The position numbers were made by a program, and so were the translations under genes. The notes below the pieces were generated by a model, which was not told the DNA's origin, did no database searches, and saw only the letters and a program-made list of their open reading frames with translations. A stretch of 64,000 nucleotides of DNA from Psilocybe cubensis (lineage: Eukaryota), in assembly GCA_017499595.2 (NCBI GenBank), contig CM038998.1, positions 744,001-808,000 on the forward strand. Reading direction: 5' to 3'. Positions within the stretch are counted from its first letter, which is position 1, and each line of letters opens with the position of its first letter. Positions 13,701 to 29,710 of this stretch are shown piece after piece.

Positions 13701-15404
13701 AGATTATCGTTCCAGACATGCCCTAAATGCTAACAAAACGTTTTAGCATATCACATACATATCCACATTCATCATTTATCAAACCTTTACTTGGGTCAAC
13801 CCATCACAAAAATAAAAAGCCGAAGACGTGCGGCTTCAATCACCTCGAAAATAGTTCTCGCGTGGGTAGTCGACGCCTTAGTTGTCGTAATAATTGAGGC
13901 ATGCCTGATGTACTTAGAATCGGCCTGAAACGAGCAACAGAAATATTAACAGTATTCGGTCCAGCAAAAATAAAGTAAAGGATCCCGGGGACAAAAAAGT
14001 GCCTTTTTTCCACCAATTAATTCAGGTTTGCAAAGTGGCAGACGGCATGCAAGCCATATTCTCGGAAGAACAGAGACAAGCATAATCTTCGGGCCAAAGT
14101 TGAAGGTGCTGTGCCCCCTTTTGAAATGTTCTAGCGTTTTTTCAACCTCTAATTCTGTTTTATGTTTTCTGTGCTTCCGTCTTCTTGCATTGTACGTGAT
14201 GTCGCCGTTGATAAGCCGATGCCTGGAGTTATGTCACACGAGACGATAACGATTAGGGTAGTCGTCGAGAAGTCAGTAGATCATAAAAGTCGGACCACCT
14301 TTGTACAAACATATCACAAAAATGACATAATGAACAGGCTACTTGATTAGAACCCAGGAATCAGCACCGACCGCCCAGCCTGCGCGTTAAAAATCGAAGC
14401 TGAACCACTTTGCCTTCACGCGAAAGGTAAAAAACCCAGAGTGTGTCAATAAGATCATCAGAAACGTTGATCTTGTTGACGAAGTTCACAAAACGCGGTG
14501 TTGGAAACAGAATAAAATCAGGGATCGATCTATCCATATTTGTGAAAGTAGAATACATAGATGACCCCGTTATACACGGTACGACACACCATCGATGACT
14601 GAGCCAGCCGTTCATGCCAACTTGTGGAAATAACACTATTCACAGAAGTTGAAGAATCGACCTGTGAAACGTGAAAAAAGCGGTTTTGCGTACATTCAAA
14701 ACACCGAAACAATGATTGGCCCCGCTTTGTTCGGCGCAATTAATGACCCTCGGGTTCGCGCCGTCGTCGGTGAAGTCTAGAGGGATATGTCTCGCGACTC
14801 GAAGGTGCGAGCTAGGGCGAGATCGAATATCTTCCAAGTTCCAATCTCTGAATATCCCCATTCATCTTCCTCCTATTCACATAAGTCAGAGGTGCAGCAA
14901 GTCGGAGCCACATTTATACACAATTCATGGCAACACCGCGGAAAAAAACGAATGGTCAGCTACAGCCTTCGGAATTCCATTCGTTTGTTCGGCCTTTTCG
15001 GTACTCGCAAAAGAGAGCAATTTGGTATCTACAAAAAGTAAGTAACCCCACTTTGCAGCTAATCTGTCAGGCATCAACTACTACTGCTTGTGCTTCAAAC
15101 TATCTTGAAGTCGTGGAGGATGGGAAATTCTGTGACAATCACCGATTATGTTTCGAGCCAGTAAGAATATGGAAGCACTAACAAGCTCACCCACTTCACA
15201 GCTGCTGGCCATGAGGACGAGGTAACCCGCCGTATGACATCCCGACTAAGGCGCCACAGAGTAACTTACATGACGGAAAGAGTGAAATAGTGGGCGATTC
15301 GGGATGAACCGGAAAGGACTCAGGTATTCTTGTCGACGTTGAGAAAGGTAAAGAACGATTTTGGTCTAGCCACGACAAAAACATTTCTATTCAGAGAAGA
15401 ATGT

Positions 15405-17500
<2,096 letters not shown>

Positions 17501-17661
17501 GGTCGTTGTTGTCGATAAAGTTGACCAAGTATATGACTGCTGGACACGGAATTCAGCGGGTCCTACGTGATAATTGTGAGTGTGACTGATTCACCAGCAC
17601 CAACGTGACATAGCACAGAGTTCGGTAATTCGCCTGTCACGCTGCTTACGCTCGATCCCAA
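17501..17661. promoter_or_regulatory. Short divergent (bidirectional) promoter between NDUFS2 and the M6PR-like gene
   Basis: Only 161 bp separate the two head-to-head start codons. Confidence 0.6.
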
Positions 17662-19228
17662 ATGTTTAGCCGCCAACGTATAAGAACTCGGCCATTACTC
17701 TCTATATTTTTCCTCTTCTTTCTTATTTCTCTCGGTCTAGCTGACGATAAACCATGTACTTTACACGAAAAGGGGAAGTTCTACGATCTGAATCCTCTGA
17801 AAGCTAGGTATGCCCGAATCCTATTCCGCAGTGCCCAAATTATAGCGTCTAGCACAGTCAGGACTACAAATTGGAAACACCTTCAGGAGAGAAGATAAAA
17901 CTCAATGTCTGCCGAAGCGTTAAGACAGAACTCCATGGCATAAAAGATGACTCCATCAAGGAAGCAGACGTTGCCGCCTTTATTCGACGTGGTCACGGTG
18001 ACTTCATTCTGGGGTAAAGACGCTGCAATGTTAAGATAATAAACCACTAACATTTCACTGTAGAAAAATCAATACCACTATCTCCTTGCTCGACTCCAAA
18101 CCGCGTTTAGTCATTTCAGGCGGGTCCAAATGCAAATCGGGTGACATTAGAGCATCGACAGTGATACAGTTTGTATGCGACGTGTCGCTTGGAAATAGTG
18201 GCCCCCGATTTTCTGCCCAGCTCCCTCCGGGAGATGATGAAGACGCGTGCGCATACTTCATAGAGTGGAAGACTCCAGTGCGTTCCACCTCATAGATATT
18301 GCTATTGTTGTATTCTTATTCTCAATTCCAGTACGCGTGTCCGACCTCAGAAGGCAGCGGATTTTGGGGTTTTATCACATTTTTAGCAGTGGTGTTGGTG
18401 ACATTTCTCGTGTATTTGATCCGCTGATTGACAAACTTTTTCAGATTCCTAGTTGTTCTTCTAGCATACGCCATTTTGGGAACATTGTATAATCGCTATG
18501 TTCTTCAACTTAGGGGTTTCGACCAAATTCCTCAGTTCTCCATCGAGAGCATGAAATACCACGGAAGCGAGGCATGGGACTGGGCCAAGGACATGTTTGC
18601 CGCCCTTAACATCACAGGAGGTCATACACCAGGCGGTGGTAACATGTACGGCAGGCACCCTTCAAGCGCAGGGCGTACTCCAAATCCTGTCAGCCATCAG
18701 GCACAAGTATCCGGCTTTGGAGGTGATCATGCAGAGGAAGAAGGTCTTCCATTTAATGGTGGAGGAGGCGGGTTTGTCCGTCCCCAAGTCGGCAAGAACA
18801 GATCGACTTCATTCACCAAACCAGAGACCAATCCAATCTCGCACCAATCTCAAGTCCTTGAAGCCCAATCACTGTCCTATTCCTCTCCTTCCCCTCTCAC
18901 ATCCCAATCGCCGCCTCAGGTCTCTGTTAACAACACCATACCTCAGAACCAGAATCGTAGAACAATTCTCGAGACTCGTGGGCCAACAAAGGAGGAACTC
19001 GACTTCATGCTTGGAGAAGATGACGAAGAAGAGGATGCTCAGGAGCTTGTTGACGTGAAATCACCCCCTGTGCATACCACGGAGGAATCTGCTTCTACAT
19101 CACCACGCAATCCACCTTCGGGCACTTCACCACCGGCCAACGTTTCGTCGTCGACTAGCCCCGAACCAGAGTCAGCTGCTGCAGCGAGAGGTAGAGACCT
19201 TGGCGGGGGAGATACCATTCGTTTATAA
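17662..19228 (+). CDS. Mannose-6-phosphate receptor homology / Atg27-Mrl1-type type I membrane sorting receptor
   Basis: Signal peptide (LLSIFFLFFLISLGLA), Cys-containing lumenal domain (PCTL..GKFYDLNPL, LNVCRSV, GSKC..STVIQFVCD...P......DACAYFIEWKTP|YACP), a TM segment, then GTLYNRYVLQLRGFDQIPQFS and a long cytosolic tail. Four introns. Confidence 0.85.
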
Positions 19229-20698
19229 TCATCCCAATCCCGCGAACCGGGGCTCCTTGTTGCGGATACTTATTGGCCCGTATAGCTTTCGAAGTAATTT
19301 ATTTATCACTCTGACATATGGTACAGTCATCTACACTCATCCAACCTTTGGTTGTCTATCACGGTCTGGGCATTTCTCCCAACTCTGGCGTTGAAGTTTG
19401 GTTCACGCATACATCAATGATTTCGAACAGGTTCGGAGTACACGCTTTAAAAGGAGATGAATCTCAGCTTGGAATATTATCGGCAGTTTGCTCCTGCGTT
19501 TGCTGTTGTGTACGACCGAGGACCACGCACGGCTTGCATATAATCATTGAATCGCACAACTTGGGTCGTCGCCCCACCCGTACCCCATTGGCGTGCATAT
19601 CGCCTTTGTCCGACTGCAAGAGCCGGACTGACATGACAACTTGGATTAAGGAAAATTGACTACCAGTTGTTCTACTAAGTCTAAAAATCGCTGGTTATTC
19701 AGTTCCATCTGACTTCTGAAGATTTTAGATTGGGTTATTTGACGTATTCAATTATATTGGAATAGGCAGTTAACCCCTCGACCGCGAAGCACTACTCAAA
19801 CACTCCGGATTATTTATCTCAGGCTGTTCAAATATCCGCATCTATCTACTTGCAGGTTACAGACCATGCAGTGAAGTTTATCCTCCGGCTATGTACCTAC
19901 CGACAATTCGTGAGCATCACAGGTGCACTCTCAAGCATGCTGGGTAAAAGGTCTCCACCTGGTGTACTTTGTGGAGGATTTACTGTATCATACGATCAGC
20001 AGAACCTTTGCGCATTTGTTCAAACGGAGCTCAGAAAGGCCCATCTGACCCAAATTCCAGGCGTGGTATGCCAATCCCTCGGAAGTCAGAATGCCACAAT
20101 GTCAGTCACTCGGTCAGCGAAGGAGTTCTTTCTTCTTTCAGGCTAATATGCGAGAAGTAAAAATGCTCTTCCGTTCCGTCGTTCGAAGCTTGAACCAGGT
20201 CGGGTAGAGTCAGGAACTGCGCAGCGCGAATTGCTTTGCCCCACAAGAGGAGTAAATTTGATTGTGAAAATTTAAGAGACTACAAATTCCCTCGCCTGCC
20301 TAATTCGTCGTTCGTCTCTCTTTTCTTCTTGACAACTGCTATCTAAGGGTATGAGTCTATCATATAATTGTTCTGTATGAGCTAAGGCACCAAGGCGTTC
20401 AAAGCCTCGCTTGATGATCCAAACGATAGGAAGCTTTTAATTTTTTACACATGTTTTTCGGTATTCAAAAGTGAGAACTTCGTTCAAGTCGACTGATGAC
20501 TTCGGGGCGGAAAGATAGCCCCGTCATCGATTTATCCGCTCATCAGTGGTGCCTCGATACAATTTCGAACTTCGCAAGCCGAATTTTGCGTCAGCAAGGC
20601 TCAAATACCTAACCGACATAACGAACCGCTCCAATTCACATGGGGTATTTCAAACTGAAATACGACGATCGATCTATGATGCGATGGTGATTGTATGA

Positions 20699-21098
20699 AC
20701 TACACACTCAGGATCTTATCCGGGACCCAAAGGCTCCTCAATGAGACCTTCCCAAGGAGCCTAAAGACCTTCTTATCTTAAGGCGCGTGGACTCGAAGCA
20801 CCTCACCAATATGGATTACCAACTGCTCCTCGTCTCGCGAGTCTCGCTGATACTCGGTCCCTTCGGACCTTGCTATCGCACTCCTTCGTGTCGACTCAGA
20901 CTTTGATGTTGATTTGATGAATTTGTTATCAGATGGAACTTAGCTCCTCCTGCCTGCCGTGTCCACAAGTCGTTGCATATTCTTCTCCGAAAGTATCTGG
21001 TCTATTTGTTGGGGTAATCCGGGATGTTCACTCGACACCTTCACCGTTTTCGCGCGTTTCGGACTTTGTGAGGGATTTTGCGTTGGTTTTTTTGACAT
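20699..21098 (-). pseudogene. Possible decayed small gene with in-frame stops
   Basis: MSKKPTQNPSQSPKRAKTVKVSSEHPGLPQQIDQILSEKNMQRLVDTAGRRS*VPSDNKFIKSTSKSESTRRSAIARSEGTEYQRDSRDEEQLVIHIGEVLRVHAP*DKKVFRLLG... stays protein-like through two TAA stops. No family recognised. Confidence 0.25.
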
Positions 21099-23369
21099 TA
21101 TTCTCAATCCGCGTTTACACAATCGAGAGACGCGTAGAATTGTGCAGATCAACCATTTAATTCTGCCTCTATTGGTTGATCGCCCTCTGGCGCCCTTCAG
21201 GGCAGCGTCTGGCGCTCGTGCGGTTGGATCGGTGCGCCTGAGCCGCCATTCATTGTGTCATTATTGCTTAGTCACATCACTCCACCAAGAATTTGACCAT
21301 GAGGGCTGGGCTACCTGGGCGCTTGATTCAGCGTGATCTCTACTACCATTTGGGGCATCTAAAAATGCCTCGAGGCAGAGTCAACGCCATACGCGCATTA
21401 CGCGCGTCCAAAGCTCAAACGCAAGATTTCAATTGACTGGTTCCTAATTTTTTCTTTTTTCATCTGCTGGTTGACGCGACTCCAACGGACTTGCAATTTA
21501 TGAAATGGCGACGCCGACGGGCCTCCAAGTCCAAGACAGCGGTTGGTAGCAGTCGTAGTGGGCTGGTTCGTATGGCAACTCGTCCGCCTGTGACCTTTAG
21601 GAGAACACATAAAGCGGTCTGGTTTATCTGATTGCAGAAACGATGTTATCACAAAATTTACCGAGCGGTTCAGTGCACAAATCACCTACAAGAGCCATTG
21701 AGCATCCTGCCGTTGTTCATGATGTGGACACATAAAATTACGGCGTCTAGAAAATTAAACACACCATCTCGGAATTTTACCTCCCGATAATTTTTCGAGT
21801 ACGTACGTACAGGCAAAAGAGTGGTGCGCGCTATTAAGCAGGCGTCATCACCGGGAAATAGCCTCATTTTAAACATCCATGCTCGGTGAAAATTATGTGA
21901 CCTAAGAAATAAGGGTCTGGAGGTAGAGATAAGTCAAGATTTGGTCATCCGAGGCGAATGGGTTCCTTAACATACGTAGACTGTAACGTATATGTAACTT
22001 TACCGCCGACATTTAAGTGACCGACATTGGAATTGGATGACCATTGACCATCGTGATCAGTGATCACCCTTCCGTAGTTCCTCAGCAGACCATCTCTGAC
22101 GTTATCCAGCACCACGGACGGCCGCGTATATAATCCATTTATTATACCACCCGAGTCTTCCAACTTAAAGGCTATCAAAAGCTGCATTTAGCATCATCAT
22201 CCATCAGATACACCGTACATAAAAGTCAAGTCCAAACGCAATTTGTGATTTCCATGCCTCGAGGCCAGCCAGCCAGCCAGCCAGTAGCTTCCGGTACGTA
22301 CTACGGTGAATTAAATAAAAAAGGTTTAAAGTTTCGATAATCGATTAACAGCCACAATCATCAACGACACTGACATTACAAAGACCAACTCCCATTTCGG
22401 CCCTCCAGGCTCCCCGCATCATGGCAGCGGCAGCGCAGACTCCCCGAATTTCCCGCGTCCCGACGTCCCGTCCGCTTTCAGCCCAACTCCCAACTCGGTT
22501 CCGGTGTCTTATTCCAAATATACGTACGTTTTTACATACCGTATGCTGGCATACAACGGCTCAAACTAAAGTCGAACGCTGAGGTTCAATGCGAATGCGA
22601 AAGCTATATGTAGACGCGACGATACCGATACCGATGCTGATGCTGATGACGATGACGCGATACGCGATATGATGATAGCTGAACCAGATTGATTTCTCCT
22701 TTAATCCACCCAACTCGACACTCTAAATTCATACACGTTTGGCCCTCTGCCAGCCTCTGGCAGACATGTTACACGGTCAGTCCATCATAGTAAAGTCTAT
22801 CTAGTTTATCTGACACGACTCGACCGAGCTCTGTATTCAATCTTCGGAGCCTGAGCACCGAGTCGGGATGCAGATGCGGTTCGCGATTGTATTGTCTATT
22901 GACTATTGACTATCATATCGCTATATCGCTACTTGCTATTACTATTGCTATTGCTATTGAGTGAAGCTGGGATCCGGGAGCGCTCTGTCAAACATCCTCT
23001 ACCTCAATAACCTCATCACTGTTAACCTTTATGTATTGCACGTCAACGTCCAACGTCCAATGTCAACCCCACAGTATCGCATGTCGAATTCCAATTTCAT
23101 GGCAAACTATATCAATCAATTGTAACGCTGCTGTCTGTCCGAACGCAGCAGTGACGCTCAAACCGGTAAGGTAAAAGAACCAATTAAGAAATGATATGTT
23201 TCTTAATCACGCACAGTATATAGATAGCGGAAACGGTAGTGCAGTAAGGCAGCAGGCTTACATCAATATTGTTATCACTTGCAATTGGAGTTCGTTGGAG
23301 GGCGTTGACAATTGACATAGGTATATACGAAACGACACGATACGGATCCGTATGCTACAAAGCTAAACT

Positions 23370-23490
23370 TAACATAAAAAAAAAAACATAAACCATATGT
23401 AGTATAGTATAGCATACATATATACATACGAAGAACGAAAAAAATCGTAATGAAATGAAAAAAGAAAAAGATGGAAACAAACAAACTGAT

Positions 23491-23528
<38 letters not shown>

Positions 23529-24790
23529 GTGACCGGCAAACTAAAGTACTTATTCGATGGATGAATGGAATGGGATAAAGAAAACCATAATAGTCTAGCT
23601 CTGAAGTGGCTAGTGGCAAGTAGGAAAAGAAAGGCTTTCAAAGCAAGTGACGAAAAAGCGAAAATCGAAAAGCGGAAAGCGGGGGAAAACACGATGATGA
23701 TGATGGTAATGATGATATAGACTGGCGAAGACGATGAATGTGAATGGAAAATTGCAGAAATTGCATGAAAATGAAAATGGAGAGGGAAAGGCAATCGATG
23801 AGGTTCGTCATGACAAGCTTGAAAAAAATGTAAAAAATGTAAAAATAGCTGGACTGGTAGCTGGAACTGGAAAGGATAACACAGACAATGGATGAAAAGA
23901 AAAACATGAAACCGACATCTAATGAAGAAAAAAAAGAGATAAAACCAAAACCAAAACCAAAACACGATGCATGATACAAGAAAATGAAAAGGAAGCGAGA
24001 AAGCGAGAAGGAAGCGAGAAGGAATCGAGAAGAAACACATTATACTCTATATGAAAACTTTTGGACGATGATGATGATGACGAAGACGATGGTCATGATG
24101 GACAGATGAAGATGAAAAAAAAATGAAGAGACGAGACGAGACGAGACGAGACGAGACGAGAGTGCAGGAAGAGAAAAAGAAAAGAAAAAAAAAACCAGAA
24201 TGAGCAATGAGGAATGAGAAAAATGATACAGAACGATGGATAACGATGATGAATGATGATGGATAATGATGAATATTGAACAATGCGTGTGGTATACGAA
24301 TATGCGTGTGCAAGACCAAGAACACGAAACAAGAACAAGAAACAAAAACACGAAATACGAAACAAGAACGAGAAACAAGAAACAAGAAATATGAATGAAA
24401 AGAGACTGCTCTGAGCCCTTGAAGTGAGAGAGAGAGAGGATTGGATGAATTTTGACAGTTATACCGTTGTTGTAGAGTCCAGCATCTATGAGGAAGGAGA
24501 AACGAGAAACGAGAAACGAGAAAGGGGAAGAGAGAAAAGAGAGAGGAGGAAAGAGAAAAGAGAAGAGAAGATGAGAAACAGAAAAGAGAAAAGAGATGTA
24601 ATGAGGAATAGGTTACAGTCGTGATTCTGATTCGTGGATCATGATCATGCAAGAGTGAAAAGGAACCGTGACGGGGACAATGATGAAATAGATGGATCGA
24701 TGATGATTAAGAAAAAAAAAATGCCCAAGAAGTAAAGAAAAAAGAGACCACATCCAAAGAAAAGAAAAGAAAAAAAAAACCGCGCGATAA
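23370..24790. repeat. Purine-rich low-complexity tract with microsatellites: (TAC)12 at 23491-23528, (ACGAG)6 at 24131-24160, AAGAAC/GAT repeats, poly-A runs
   Basis: Directly visible. The plus strand is almost devoid of C/T over long stretches, and the minus-strand 'ORFs' here are F/S/L-rich artefacts. Confidence 0.9.
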
Positions 24791-24794
24791 CACA

Positions 24795-26014
24795 TCAAAT
24801 CGCAAGCTGCTGCAACAGCAAATACGAAATATTATCACAAAGATCATTCACCTTCTCAACCGTAGCAGGAAACGACATCTTCTCCGCCACACCCATAAGC
24901 GGCACCCTCTTCCTCTCCAACAACCTCACCAACTCACACAGCGAAGCCGACTCAACCGGGCGCCCACTAGCACCATCCACCTCCCACGTAATTGTCCCTT
25001 TATCCCACACGACCCCCTGCAGCCCACAGCTTTCGTCGATGTGCCTTAAGGGACGCATGAGGATCGAGGTGAGCCCTAGGTCGAACATCTTCCGTAGCGT
25101 TTCGAGGACGGCGGTGTATGTCTCGCTGTGTGCGATCCAGTCGCGCACGTTGGTGTTGCTTAGGAAGGCGTGGATGACTTCGGGGAGGTAGGACGCTGCG
25201 AAGAGGTACGTTACTGAGCGGTGCACGCCCCGCGCCGTGCGTCTCTTTGCCTGGGTCCCCTCTGCATCTGCATCTACATCTGTGTCGGCGTCGGCATCGG
25301 CGTCAGCGTCGGCGCGGTACCTCTCCTTCATCGGCACCTCAAGCCACATAATCAGAATCCTCAAAGTCCTCACAAACGCATCTTCAAACTTCCTCATACT
25401 CTTATCCGCCTTGGACATAACAAGCCTCACATACGCCCTCCTCATCCGTCCCTGCGTACCCCTGCCACACCCCTTCCCCTGGCCCGCGACGCCCGCCTCC
25501 ACCGCATAAATATGGTCGAAGCTGCTTAAAGCCTCGAAGATGGCGATGGCTTGGATGTCGGGGCAGCACGTGCGCACGGTGCATTGTGCGCCGCCTGTGC
25601 AGTCGCGCGGGCACCGGACGATGGTGAAGCACCCGCGGCAGTGGGTTGTGCGGCATGCGCTGCAGGATAGGTGCAGGATTGGGGAGAAGGGGAGGGCGAA
25701 TGGGTCGTGTTCGAATGATGGCTGGTGGAGATAAGGATAGATTAATAAAAAATTCGAGTTGAGACGTTGAAAAAGAAACAATACAATAAATGAGAGGGGA
25801 GGCGAGAAGGTGGGAAGGGGCGAAAGGGGCAAAAGAGAAGAGAAGAGAAGAGAATAATACGTACTTTTGGACGTGGCGACGCGACAAGATTCCCGCATTT
25901 CACACAATTGCGCGACGCAGTGAAGAGATCGCTGTCTGACGAGTGTCGCAATGCGCGTCCGCCGCTGCCGCTGCCTCCTTGGCTCTGACCTTGACCTTGA
26001 CCTTGAGCCTGACT

Positions 26015-26060
<46 letters not shown>

Positions 26061-27871
26061 CCGTGACTCTGAGCCTGAGCCTGAGCCTGACTCTGACCAT
26101 GACCATGCCCATGCCCATGTCCATGACCGCCAGTACTAGTACTCCCGACGCGCGAGTGGGAATGGGAGTGGGACCGCCGTTCCATCGCCTTGGGCGCTGC
26201 ACTGCTACTAGCACTAACTCCAACACCCACACCCACACCCGCACCCGAACTACTGGCAGATGCGAACGCGCTCGCAGACGCAGACGCAGACGCGTTCTCA
26301 AAGATCGGATTCATAATAAGCCCCAAACGCACATCCCTAGCTGACGCCGTCGACTTTTTAGATTCTGAAATTGACATTGACGGGGCTACGAGTCCTGACC
26401 CGCCGCCATTTGCATTATTCTGATTCTGATTATGATTATGATTATGATTGCTACCACGCGACGCGGATGTGGATAAGGATAAGGAAGGCGGGTACAGCTC
26501 CGCGCGGCGGCGTGACGAGTGGGGCGCGTCGTATGTGTGATTGCGAAGCGCCGCCGCAGCCGACGACGCCGACGATGAAGGAAATGATGAAGGGGAAGAA
26601 GAAGGGGATGTGGAAATTGCAACGGGGGGCGGCATCGATGCGGATGCTGATGCAGATACGGATGCGGACGGGGGCGAAGGGTCCCTCTTCGAGAGGGATC
26701 GGTGTTCGATGCGATGGTGTTGCTGCTGCTGCTGGTGCGGGTGATGCTGTTGATGATATTGATGGTGGTGGTGGTGGTGGTGTGCTGAAGCAGCCGCTGA
26801 AGCAGACGCAGCGGCTGACGCCGTAGAAAGTACAGGCGGAGAAGCTGACATGGACGCGGACATGGGAATGGAATTGGAATTAGTTAACTGAGAAGCGGCA
26901 CGTGAAATGGACATGGACATGGACGACGATGAAGCTGACGCAGATGCGGATGCTGGTGTTGAAGTTGCAGTTGCAGTTGAAGCTGAAGCTGAAGATGATG
27001 CAGAAAACGATGTAGGAGAAGTTGATAATGATATTTGCTGAGACTGAGAGTGAGAATAAGACTGAGAATGCGAATGAGAATGAGAATGAGACTGAGAATG
27101 AGAATGGTGCTTTGCAATGGGACTCGATGGTGTTCTGACACCGGAGCTCTCATACTGCTGCTGTTGTTGTTGAAGGCTCTGGAGATGCAGCATAGACGAC
27201 TGCGACGCAGTCGACCATTTTTTTGTAGTAGATGACGACGATGTAGGAGGAGAGTGCGATAGCAATGGAAGTGAATTAGGATCTTCAAGCAGCGCAGGCT
27301 GTATCGCGTCGACGCGCCATGAGCGCGCCAACGAGAATGCAGCGGCTTCGTCGGACGAGGGTGAGTGTCGGACGCTCTTTGTTATCGTGATCGGCAGCGC
27401 TACATTGTCGCTAATAGGCCCGGATGAAGGAGATGGAATAGAGGAAGCTGAAGGCTTGAGATCTGCTTGATCTGCAACACCTGCAGTAGTAGCAGTAGCA
27501 GTAGCAGTGATGGTACTGCTACCAGCCTCCCCATTCGCATTCGCATTAGCAGCAGCGTCCGTACGGCGCTTCGCCTCCAGCGCCGCAGTCTCCTCCGAAA
27601 GCCTAATTGCCTTCGCAACATTAAACGCCTCGAGCGCCTCCCTCTGCGCAAGCACAAACGCACTCTGATCGGCGATCGTCATCGTCTTGAGCACGGCCGT
27701 GCTGAAATGCGCCGCGTCCTCGTCTGGGAGGAATTCGCGGAGGGTGAGCCCGCTTGTGGGGTCGATCGTGAGCATTGGAGGTGGGGATGGGAGGGGGGCG
27801 GTTGATGTGGATGTGGATGTGGATGCCGACGCCGATGCCCTGGCCATGACGTCTGCGGATGCTGGTGACAT
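24795..27871 (-). CDS. Low-complexity N-terminus + Cys/His-rich module + domain resembling the pre-UBC region of BIRC6-type E2 proteins; no UBC domain. 5' end uncertain
   Basis: A long open frame (ORF 25742-28021) is spliced via intron 25864-25722 (GTACGT...CAG, phase 0) to the ORF ending TGA at 24795. Contains CVKC...HLSCSACRTTHCRGC...CPRDC...CTVRTCC..IQAIAIFEAL and SYLPEVIHAFLSNTNVRDWIAHSETYTAVLETLRKM. Confidence 0.7.
25985..26120. repeat. Coding hexanucleotide array (CCTGAG)n and variants, encoding QAQAQA/QGQG/GHGH
   Basis: Directly visible tandem 6-mers inside the minus-strand CDS. Confidence 0.9.
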
Positions 27872-29710
27872 TGGATTGGTGTGGGGTGGAGAGGGTGGAG
27901 AGGGGACAGGGGAAGGGGAAGGGGGAGACGGGGAGACGGGGAGGGCAAGGGGTTCAGAGATCCTTGGAAAAAAAAGCTGTATATGAAGGACGCAAAAGGT
28001 TGTATATGGATTTAGAATCACAGTGATCGATGTATAACAGGAGTCGAAGGGAGATAGGTCAAGCTATTCTCATTCATGCCTGGGTTGATGCTAAACAGCT
28101 TGTGTAGTAGTAGTAGTAGTTGTGAAGGGTTGCATCTGAATCGATAACGGGTCGAACGTTGGGTCTTGGGTACGGGGTACGAATCCTACTACGTATCAGC
28201 GCATTTTGAATGGGAATCGAGAATCTCTAAGAGTAAGTGGGGAGGGTCAAGAGAAGAAGAATAAGAAAAAAAAAGGTTAAGAGTAAAATAAAAAAGCCCT
28301 TTACCCTTCCCTCCACCAATACAATTTATTCCCAGCAGGGTTCTTCTCCTACACGTGTAGGCCGCGTTTTTCCAAAACAGATAACTAACACATCACATCT
28401 GCTCCGATGTTTTCCCACTTCAAAACCGAGTCAGTCGGCCAACTATAGCTCCATCGCACCCATCCCGATTCTCTTTCTCTGCGCTGCACTACTTGCAATG
28501 TTAGCCTACTAATCCGACATTTGGCGCGGACGAACAGACAGACAGACGGACAGACAGCCTTTAGCCTAGAGCATTAGCCAATAGCTTAGGGCATTTAGAC
28601 TCGTAAGGTATGTCATAGATGCCTTTAGAATAGCAAAGCTTAGCTTACTAGCTTCAGCCTTCAGCCAGAAATTCAACTGTCACAGTCGTGTAAAACGGAA
28701 AACGGAAAATGGAAAATGGAAAAAGACGGAACGACAAACACAGCTCGACTGAAGTCTGGAAGGATCTAATTCTACGTGTACCCAACCAATGAGTGACACT
28801 TACACAGTTACATTTACACTACACTTACACTACAGTTGACATTTTTGCACATGCCCGCACGCCGCAGCCAGAGTAAACATAAACACGAGGTTCACCGTCA
28901 CCCTCCTCCTCCTACTCCTCTTTTGTAAAGTTGTGTTTTGTTTTTCTAATCTTCTGTTGAAACTTGATACTTGATACTTGAGCTTGACAGGTACAGTTAC
29001 ACATAATTGCCATCGAATCAATGCGAGGTAATACTAATACTAACCCGTACACCGCGTGGCCTTCCCGCGATGCGATTTACCTGCCATACTTGAGCTTGAT
29101 ATATTAACATAATCGCAAGCCAGGGCCCAGAAGGCCAAAGTTTCATCTAGTAGTCTAGTCTGAACTCTGAAGCTTGTGCTTACTTATATACAGTCTAAGC
29201 AACGCCATGTCAAATTGTACTTTTAACCTCCTGCAGAGTCCACTCTGTCTTAAGAAAAGTGCATCCTTCATCCTTCATCGATCATCCTCCAAGCTTCAGC
29301 TTCATCTCTCATCGACATCTCTCATCGAATCCTTCAAGCCAAACTTCTAAATCGTCTGCCAGTACTAAGCACCTGCATCTGAACCTGTATCTGCATCTGC
29401 ACTATCAATTCATAACCAAGCTATGTCATAAATCTTAACGTTACACTTCACTAGAAACTAGAAACCAGAAACCAGAAACCAAAAAATTATGTACAGCCTA
29501 TTAACGATCATACTACGAAGTAGGCTCTACCAGCCATCCTAAATCTCCCTTCCTTATTCCTCCTATCTCGACTTGTCATATCGCATCGACCACTCAAAGT
29601 GCCAACTAACCAATACACATACCCATCACCCGCACATTCACATTCCCTTTTGCTATCCTCCTCCTCCCCCCCCCCTCTCCTCAACACTCCTCACCTCAAC
29701 ACTCCTCACC

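Noticed and set aside
20492-20530. CTGATGA...GAAA hammerhead-like core with a GC hairpin
   Set aside because: Stem II and stem III pairing and the NUH cleavage triplet cannot be formed. It is only an ordinary ~11-bp hairpin.
23275-24798. Long minus-strand ORFs rich in F/S/L/I that mimic membrane proteins
   Set aside because: Artefacts of T/C-rich low-complexity sequence lacking stop codons.
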